Origin: Rotaria socialis
Taxonomy: Eukaryota
DNA: 46,316 bases
NCBI GenBank assembly: GCA_905331295.1
Contig: CAJNYD010000449.1
Span: forward strand, 372,001-418,316
Direction of reading: 5' to 3'
Both the position numbers and the translations under genes were made by a program. Under the pieces are notes generated by a model. That model worked only from the letters and a program-made list of their open reading frames with translations, was not told the origin of the DNA and did not search any database. Positions 37,345 through 46,316 of the stretch are shown one piece after another (position 1 is the stretch's first letter; the number at the start of each line of letters is the position of its first letter).

Positions 37345-38461
37345 AGAACTAATTTGTATATAAAAATCATTCATTATTATTATTATTATTGTCTTGTGCA
37401 TCCATTCGAAGCTGTCTTGTTTTCTCATTGATAAAACTAAATCAAAGTCATATTAAAATATGAAATTATTTTGATAAATATAGATGGATTTTGTTTACAA
37501 TCATTCAAACATTGCTGAGAAGGAAAGAGAAATAGTAATCATGCTTTTTAATCTTACTTGAACGCCAACACTAGCTAGAAAAAAAAATAGAATAAAAAAA
37601 TACTCGTATGTGGAACACTGGAAACTTTCACAACAGAAAGAAAGATATAGACAACAACAATGGAAATACATGTTTGAGTGGATGAATGGTTGGAATAGAA
37701 GAAAACAGCATAGAAAGACAATAGACTAAACTTGAGAAGAAAAGAAGTAGTACAAGAAAAGTACACACTACCGGTCAAATAAAGTCAGGAGCAAGAATTC
37801 CTTTCGTGAACAACGTGATGAAATGCAACAGCATTTGCTAAGCTGATTTAAATAATTACGTATTAACTTTCAGAAAAATAGGTACTGTAAAGAACTAGGC
37901 ATAATTGATTTGAGCTATACAATTCAATAAAGCAACGCGAAACTTACTTTTCAGTATTAACTAGACTACACAACGCAACCAAGCCAAATACGAGCAGAGA
38001 ATACTGTTTTCCATAAACATATGTATGTACTACTAGTAAAAGAGACGAGAAATTGTACGTGAAAATCTAAATTAACTAAACTAAACATGAATTGGCCATT
38101 GTCGTGTTATATCTGAATCTCTATTTCTGTTAAATGCTGTATTACTGAAAATGTCATGGTGTCTTGAAAACAGACAAGTGAATTCATGTATACATGCAAT
38201 ATAGAGTTAGTTATCATGAATTTATTTATCCTCGCAGAATAATTTTGATCCATCCAATAAATTTCCTATACTTAGTTAAACGATAGTGATTATTTAAATC
38301 GTTAGAAATCCAATTTCCATTGAAACTGAAATCTTTATTCTTCAAATAAAAAAAAAACATACGCCTTTAATCGAATTAATACGTGTCGGAAAAAAATTTG
38401 AAATAAATGTTTGTATATATTCGTATAAAAGAAAAAGAAAATAAAATAAAATTCTACAAAG

Positions 38462-41400
38462 TTACGACCAAACACGTAGGGTTCGATCACGACCTGTTGA
38501 AATCATATATTGTCCTTTCAGGTCGAATTTAACATATTGAACTTCGTCGTGATGGCTACTTAATGGTATCAACTTAAAAAGAAATGAAAGTTTACAATTT
38601 ATAATGCAGAAAATAAAACCAATATTATTTTACCTGTTCAGAAGCGATATTATAAAGTTTAATTGTTCGATCACTGGAAGCTGCTGTTAAAAGTTGGCCT
38701 TAAAAAATAAGAAAGAAATTCTATGCAATGAAATTATTTTTTTGCTTTTCTTACCAGTTGGATGAAATGAAACGCTATTTGCTGAATAAGGTCCAAAATC
38801 CAGTGTAACAATACTTTTTACAGTTCTGACATCCCATAATTTGACTATTCCTTTTGAGTCACAAGATGCAACTGTATCACCCTAAGAAACAAAAAAATAT
38901 TCTTGTCTAGTGAGCTTTTTATTAATGAAATATACTCGTAAATTAAATGTTGCTTGATTACAAGGATTAACGTGACCAGCAAATGTATGCTCTGCTAGAC
39001 CCTAGAACATTGATTATTAAATAAATACAAGAAATTTTCGTTTTTTAACAAATTTACTGTTCGAGCATCCCATAACATAAGAGTTTTATCAACTGAACTG
39101 GACAAAATTATATTTGAAAACATAAGTAATTCAGCAGAATGAACAGAATCTTGATGTCCACGCATAACTGTTCGACAACGAAGACTGAAATTCAAATTTC
39201 ACTAGTGTCTTTTTCCTCTTATTATTATTATTTTTTTTAAGATTTAACAAACCTATTTAAATCCCATAGTCGAACAGTTTTATCTTGAGAAGCTGAGGCA
39301 ATGAAATCTCCACATGAATGAAAATTGACAGACCAAACTAATAAGTAAAAACAAAAACTTGAAATTGTTTATTTTTACGATAAGGTAATGGAATTTACCT
39401 GGTAAGAGATGATTTGTAAATGTATGAACACATTTTTTCTGTGAAAAATCCCAAATTTTAATTGTTGTATCGCCAGAACATGTTGCCATTTTATTTCCAC
39501 TTGGATGAAAATCGATACCAGATCTTTACAAACCATCAATTTAGATTCAATTATTAAAAAAAAACGAAAACGTTGAAACTTACACCCAATCTGAATGTCC
39601 TTCACCTTTCATAATCATGTCACCTAAATTGAAATTACTAGTTCATTTACACTAAAATAATTATGGTTTTTTTTGTAGTTTACCCTCAGGAATAGCCCAC
39701 ATTTTCCATGATCGATCATCACTTACCTAGGCAAAGAACATAAATAATTCAAATCAGTTATCTATACTTCATTGGTACATACTGTCACAGCCACATGCTT
39801 ACGAGGATGAATAGCAGCACTAAAAAGATATGGATCAGATCAAAATCTAGACAAACTGATTGATATCAAAATAAAAATGAAACAATTCTCTTCTAGGTTC
39901 ATTTTTCTTTCAGATCTGGAGCGAGATAACTTTACCCCATTCAGTAATATTTGGAATTTCTGACGTTTTTATTTGAGGTGAGCTCGATTTAATTCTGTTC
40001 TTTGTCATGATGATGAACTTTAATCAGTGTATAAATATGTGAAGCAATAGGAGTGCAAATAAATATATATGAAGAAATGAGTTCAATATCGTTTAGAATA
40101 AGACAAAAACTTGAAAATACATATTAGATAGTTTCAGATACTCGTAGTGAATTCTTAAAAAACAATGTTTAGTAGTTCGGCTTAGAATTCGAAAAACTTG
40201 AGTCTATTCCATGTCTCATTTTCATGTACTAAAAATCTATCGATTTAACATTTAATCTACGAGAATTAGTTCTTGATGATACAATTATTTGAGGGACTAT
40301 AAGTTCAAGATATGATTATAATTGACCAATCAAGGACAACATCAATACTTTCAGAGGTATGAACTCAAGCGATAGTGGTATCTGATGGTACGATTCAAAC
40401 AAAAAGTATCATGAGTGCATATTTGACTTTTACAGTCTTTTAGAGACGAATTATTTAATTTTTCTTTTTTTTATTATCTCACTGTCTTTTATTAAAAACA
40501 ATATTTAAATCATGTGATTCAGTTTTCATTATAATATTTTGTTTAATTGCTCATGTCTTCTGCTCATAGTATACAAATCATGAGGTAGAATGCTGTATAC
40601 TCAAATCGATTTGTCGTCAATAGAATTCTATTTTCTTTCACTCACCAACTTATTGGACCATCATGTGCTTCAATTTCTTTTGCTAATGTTAATGTTGATC
40701 GATGAAAAGCATCTTCAGCGAATCGATTTAAATAAGGATTATTTCCTGTATCAATAGGAAAATCGGAATCCTATATATATATATATATTCATAAATATTA
40801 ATACAGTTAAATAATAAAAAATTACGAACATGAGGATTTGATTCATGTGTTGAATCAGTTAGTCGTCGTTGTTCGTTTATCATTGCTTGTTTTTTCTTGT
40901 CTTCTTTAAGTCTTAATTCACGAAGTTTTATTTGTGTGGGTCCCGATTCTCCTTCGGTACTGTCTTGAGAGAAAAAACGAGAAGAAAATCAACGGTACTA
41001 TTTTTGTCTCTTCTATATATTTCTATACTTTGAAGTGTAGTTGAACTACCCAGTTTTAATGCATTGAGTTCGTTCTGTAGTTTTTCTTTTTCTAATTTGT
41101 AAACCATTTTTTCTCGCATAGCTCCATCATATTTAGACTTCAATTCATCTAATTGTGGTTCAAAGGTCGATAGATGAGATTTTAATCTGATACAATTGAA
41201 TAAAAACAAAGCTAGTTAAATTCTAAATAAAAAATTGAGTGTCAGTACCGTTTAACGAATGTAACAAGATTATTTTTTTCTTGTGCAATTCGATTATGAT
41301 GTTGTCGATGATAATCACGTTCTTTTTTCATTTTAACAAATTCTTCTCTAGCTTTCCTACAATACACAAAAAAAACAGCAATTAGTACAAATTCATTTTT

Positions 41401-42137
41401 TGTTATTAGATGTATTTGATGATATACTCAGCAGATTTTCGATATCGATCAACCTCTGATTCGAGTAGTCTCATTTTTTCACTTAATTCTTCATTATGTT
41501 TAACTACATCTGGTAAATAACCACATTCATTTGTTTTAATGCGTCCCACCGATGATAAGTTATGCCATTCAATTTGAAATTGTTGCATTGTTTTTTTCAT
41601 ACCCATACGAACAAGAAAATTTCGAACAAAATCATCTACAGCTTCTGGCTGAGTCGTTAATGAACCGCGAGGAACTGTAGCAGAAGCCTGTAGAATAGAA
41701 AAAGAAAACTGAATTTTTCATATGATATTAATAATAATTGACACATACTGATGTTGTTACGACTTGTGATTCACGCTGTTGGTCTTTTACATTACGAATA
41801 AGTGCATCGAGTGTATCTTCTTTATCTAAAATGAGTGTTTATAAGAAATAGTTAAATATTATGATAAAGACGAGAAGACAATACCATCATCGTAAAATTC
41901 TTCAACCGGCACTTCTTCATATTGAAATTCGTCGCCATTATCAACTGCACGAACGTATCGTTCTACAAATGAATTATTTTAGGAATATATATAATGAATA
42001 GAGATCGTTTTACTTTCGACATAATAAGGAACATCAGCAATATTGCCTAAGTCTATTCTTGTTGGTGCATTATTATTAAATGTTTGGATATCTTTTGGGC
42101 CGACATCACGTACATTGGTCGCAGTCATTGTAGCCAT
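38462..42137 (-). CDS. SPAG16: Sperm-associated antigen 16 / PF20, axonemal central-pair WD40 protein (multi-exon)
   Basis: ATG at 42137, TAA at 38464-38462. Signature peptides PEAVDDFVRNFLVRMGMKKTMQQFQIEW and KERDYHRQHHNRIAQEKN. WD40 repeats: VSDDRSWKMW, GEGHSDW, TCSGDTTIKIWDF, MRGHQDSVH, SSSVDKTLMLWDAR, SCDSKGIVKLWDVR, STGRDRTLRVWS. Many short GT-AG introns; not every junction was fixed. Confidence 0.94.
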
Positions 42138-43602
42138 TGTTAGTGGTAAGAATTATTTTACTACAGGGTAGATAAATTTAGATGTTTTCAAATTTTATTC
42201 TTCATCTGCTATTACAGTCAAATTACGTTGCTAAACAAGCACCTCTATTACAATATAATAAGCGCCATCTATACACATAGTCCTAGGCGCGATCATTTAT
42301 TAACATCTTCGATTTCGTTTCGTGATATCAATGAGGTTAATTACAGAGAACTACGGTAGAAAATAGCTCATATTGAATATTCTTTCATATTTTAAAGTTA
42401 TATTCAATGAATATATATCCTACTCTTGGCCTTCATCTCTGCTTTCAACGATGAAAACAATTTCTATTTGTTTTCTGTTCTTAATGGTATTGAACCAAAC
42501 AAATAGTTGCTTATCAACATGATTTGTTTTTTTGAAATTGATCAAAGTGTATTAAGTTACGATATGACATTACTCGTATGGTCAAAAGTTCTATGAAAAT
42601 AAAAATGACTTCGAGGATTCTTAGGGAAACTTTGACATTATTTTTTAGTTTTCACAAACCCTAGTTTTCTTTATATTTTAAATATGAGAAACGATTGATT
42701 TTTCTTAAATAGACGAGTAAAATAGGCGAGGATTTTCAATAGAGAATTACACATTCTTTTTTTGCGCATGACATATCTTTGAAAGAGCATAAACTATATG
42801 TTGAGGTCGAGATTGATGATTCCAACATTGAATATTTGGTATATATCTCGGGTGACCTACGTTTCGTCTCACCTCTTCTGAACACCGGTAAATCTTGCCG
42901 GGTGTTCGGAAGTGAATTTTATTCAAAAAAATTTATGACGAGAGTTCGTAAACACCTATGTACCGGAGATTGTAATAGACAGCAGGAAGATTGTAATGTG
43001 TTGACCAGATGTTTGGAATAGAGTATTTTTGCTATATTTAATGTAACACCTGGATATCGTAAGAAACACACAGTCGGTAGTTCGGAAGGAAATGCTAAGG
43101 GTACTTAAACGTGAAGTCCGTAAAAGAATTTATAAGGATATTGTAATTGATATAAAGACTTTCTGCTCTTATAGACAATAAGAGGTTGCATCTTTGATTA
43201 GATCCATGATTATATAAGTAGACAATTATTCTTTCTTTACCTATACTCATTGTGCTATAATCTCAGAAGTTATTTCTAAGGGTATAGGTTGATTAAAAAC
43301 CAACAGTTGTCGAAAGCAACAACTGAGTAAGTTGCTCCTAAATCTTATTTACGTTCAACTCTAATATTGAATCGTCGTGAGAGCATGGTAAATTCTTATT
43401 TCCAGGAAATTCAAAATGCATTACATACTATAATAAAATTGTAACACCTAGATGCAGGTGTGTATACAAAGGATGTTTGTCGTTTAGGTTTCTATGAAGT
43501 CACATAATACATTTTAATATCTAATGCGTGAGTCGTTTATATATCAGTATCAATTCTCTCTCTCTATATATATATGAATATGCATAGATAGCATATAGAT
43601 TT

Positions 43603-43672
43603 GGTGGGATGGGTCGGGTGGGGTTGGGATGGGATGAGTTGGGTAGGGTTGACTTGGGATGGGTTGGGTTGG
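43603..43672 (+). repeat. Degenerate (GGGWT)n pentanucleotide tract between (TA)n stretches
   Basis: GGGAT/GGGTT/GGGTC units, about 14 copies. Confidence 0.85.
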
Positions 43673-43732
43673 AACAAGTAACGATAAATATGTCGGGATC
43701 AAATACATATTTATATATATATGTATATATAT

Positions 43733-43900
43733 CCCAGGAGATTCAATCCGACCAGTGGATCCGATTGTTTTCGGCATCGGATCCTATGGATTCCGTTGCT
43801 TTTCGGTCGGCTCCGTTGAATTCCGACGATTTCCTAACTAACGGATCCCGGTCCGGTTTCCGCCGGAAAACTTCCGTTCAGTTCCGCAAAACTTCGACCC
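43733..43900. mobile_element. Probable MITE fragment (CCCAGG start, TCCG/GGATCC-rich) inserted in (TA)n and truncated at the assembly N (43901)
   Basis: Abrupt GC-rich block beginning CCCAGGAG right after a TA microsatellite, with repeated TTCCG/ATCCG motifs, ending ...TTCGACCC|n. Confidence 0.5.
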
Positions 43901-44836
43901 NCAACAATTTATTCATTTTCTTTTCGATATTATTTAATTTAACTTTGCCAACCCTGAAAATTCTAGTAGGTCAAATTTCGGAATCTGACCGGGCTTGAGT
44001 TGGTCGAATCTCCATGCGACCAATTCAGGGTAGTCCGATCTTAATTTACGATTAAGATCGGCATGTTCTCCACTAATAAATAATCAAGAAATAACCTAGA
44101 AAAAAAATATGAAAAAATTTATTTTCTGATGGTTCACCGAGTTGTTTATAAGGAGCTGTTCACGCAAAAGAAAACGGTGAATGAACAGACGCCACACAGA
44201 ACGCGATAAATCTAGGGTATCCTGTAGAGCATTCCTCAGTAAAATTACAGGTGCGGGTACTCATACAAGTACTGCTTCAGCGAAACATACTGCTATGGGT
44301 ACCCAATGCGGTACCTACAACAGTCTGGTTACTGAGAATTTTCTAAGTACCCTTAATAGGTACCCTGAACCCAGTACATTCCCTAGGGAGGTGAGTAAAA
44401 GTGGTGTTGAGATATGAAACTCAATATCTTCTATTATATTTTATTTTTCTGAAAAGAATCCTCCTAACTCATGTTGTTTTTAATGTAAATCAAATATTTC
44501 TGATGATATTTGACTAAAGCAATATATTTTATTATTGGCTTGTTACAGAGTTTGACATACATTTGTTTATACATGGACAACAACTAGAAAATGTATCATA
44601 AACATAAAGAATAAAAAGTGTCTAAGATTATTTGTTGTTTTTGTTGATCAGTATAAGAATGTTCATAACATTTAAAAAAATTTTGCTATCACTGTTTTCA
44701 ATATACTAGATGGGAACGCATAGAGAAGTTTTAGAACAATCAAGTGCATTTTATTTGGACAATTTAAAACAATGTCTTCGTTACAAACCTGATATGAATG
44801 ATATTTTTATGAGCAAAAATGAATCAATAAAAGGCT

Positions 44837-45130
44837 CCCAAGTCACTCTATTCTGCCTCCGGATCCTGCCGGAACCCATCGGAACCAGTACCGGATCACT
44901 CCAGAAGCCGGCATTTTCCCCACTCAAATCTGCCAGAATCCGGCAGGAAATTCCTGCAAGGAATTTCACCGGAATCTCTGCTCCCGGAAACCCCGCCGGA
45001 ATTCAAAGGAAAATGGTCTGGTCGTTTCCGGCCGGAGAATACAACCGAACATTGTCGCAACCGATCCGCCCGGACTACCGGATGATCCCGGTTTCACAAC
45101 GGCTTCACCACATATTTGACCGGATTCCAT
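44837..45130. mobile_element. CCGGA-motif-rich terminal region of a probable DNA transposon
   Basis: GC-rich block starting CCCAAG with more than ten CCGG(A) motifs. A possible partner end ...CGCCCTGGG lies near 46272-46280. No TSD confirmed. Confidence 0.45.
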
Positions 45131-45439
45131 CCAATACCGATGACAAGGACCTCATAAAAAAATCTCTCATACAAAAGCTCTTTAATCACAAGATGAATCA
45201 ACTGTAGTCTTCAGAAACACGGACACCAACCGAAACGACTAAGCCTCATCAATAATCACAACATAATCCAAACCCTCACCGCTGAAACGGGTCCCCAACA
45301 AACATTTCTCCCAACTACAAACACCCTAAAACATTTGTAACCCGACAACAACATCTGACTCATCAATGCCCACACTTTGAATAATCCAAAACCAACCTAC
45401 TATACATCGTATTCATTAAACACAATACCAACCCGTTTA

Positions 45440-46060
45440 CTGAGCCATCTTCTTGCATTTCACTTCTTGAAAACATCACCCTTACATCATTTTGCACCCA
45501 TCGAAATCACTGATAGTTCATAGAAAATGCATCTGAATGTCATTCTGGAACATCGTCACTAACGTTTTCGTCAATTATTATAATTTTAAACATCATTAAA
45601 GAGTACTAATTGACCACATTAATTAAGCCAAAATCGCTCCACCCATCATTTTGCACCAATCAAAATATTGCATGAGTCGTATGGACTCGTTCAAATAACC
45701 ATTGTCGATGGTTCGAAGGTAGCTTTTCTTCATAAAAACAGGATTTCAGCCATCTTTCATTACTGAACCAACCACACTTACCTTCGACGAAAATCACTCC
45801 AAAGCTCGACCTCCAACTATCGAAAAATTCAGTAAGACGTGAAAAATGTTTCAGATAATCATTCTCGAAGGTTCCAACCTACTTTTTCGTGTTGAAACAG
45901 GATTCTAAGCATCTTTCATTACGAAAACAACCACACTTACCTTTGAGGAAAATCGGTCCGCAGCCCACCTTTGACCAATGGAAAAAGTCACTAAGTATTG
46001 AAGAATCGTTCTGATGATCATTTTAGAGTGTTGCTGGATACGTGTTCCTTGGTTAATTTG
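45440..46060. repeat. Degenerate tandem repeat, ~159-bp period, about 4 copies
   Basis: CATCTTTCATTAC...ACCACACTTACCTT occurs at ~45750 and ~45909. CATCATTTTGCACC occurs at ~45486 and ~45644. AAAATC(G/A)(C/G)TCC occurs at ~45630, ~45790 and ~45949. Confidence 0.65.
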
Positions 46061-46316
46061 ATTCTGAGTGACGTTCGAAGCCGAAATAATGTTATAGGAC
46101 CTAATTGATATTTTGTGTAATCAATATCCTAGCATCCGCAAGAGGGTTTGTTGGTAATTCGAAATTATGCTTTCGGGGTCAACAGACCGAGCAAACACGT
46201 TTTTCTGCGTTTTTAATGATGTCGAATCGTATCGACGAGTAACATAGTATGGATATATGACAAGTTTATTTCGCCCTGGGTGATCATAAATGGCTCTGGA
46301 TTTCGCGTTAGACCAG

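Noticed and set aside
37766..37785. Tc1-like terminus CACTACCGGTCAAA
   Set aside because: No inverted partner or TA TSD found.
42227..42239. X-box upstream of SPAG16 (GTTGCTAAACAAG)
   Set aside because: Only one good half-site; plausible but not supportable.
43603..43672. Telomeric repeat
   Set aside because: Heterogeneous pentamers in a short internal tract, not a regular telomere array.
44181..45207. ORFs 44181-44417 and 44710-45207
   Set aside because: They run through GGTAC- and CCGGA-rich repeat blocks and show no domain or transposase motifs.

Overview
AT-rich eukaryotic genomic DNA with many short (~50-70 nt) GT-AG introns. Gene families, intron sizes and repeat types point to a bdelloid rotifer (inference, no database search). 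I reconstructed by hand nine complete genes and the first two exons of a tenth: a partial class-A GPCR (-), a PTB-like/proline-rich protein (-), an intronless GPCR (+), an SLC25 mitochondrial carrier (-), PDE6D (-), malectin (+), an unusual Tpt1/KptA-N-domain + BC-box-like + LRR protein (-), FoxQ2-like (+), PHF5A (+), CD2BP2 (+) and SPAG16/PF20 (-). The first 17 kb holds five non-autonomous DNA transposons with readable TIRs and TSDs (one nested in another), a decayed ORF, and a tRNA-like element clamped by inverted repeats. The last 3 kb is repeat-rich and has an N at 43901. Two leads stand out. (1) A 338-aa protein, mostly invisible in the ORF track because it is split over six exons, fuses the RNA lobe of tRNA 2'-phosphotransferase to an Elongin/Cullin-type LRR adaptor. 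(2) PHF5A and CD2BP2, both spliceosome factors, lie 72 bp apart with signals suggesting an operon or a splice/poly(A) switch from one promoter.
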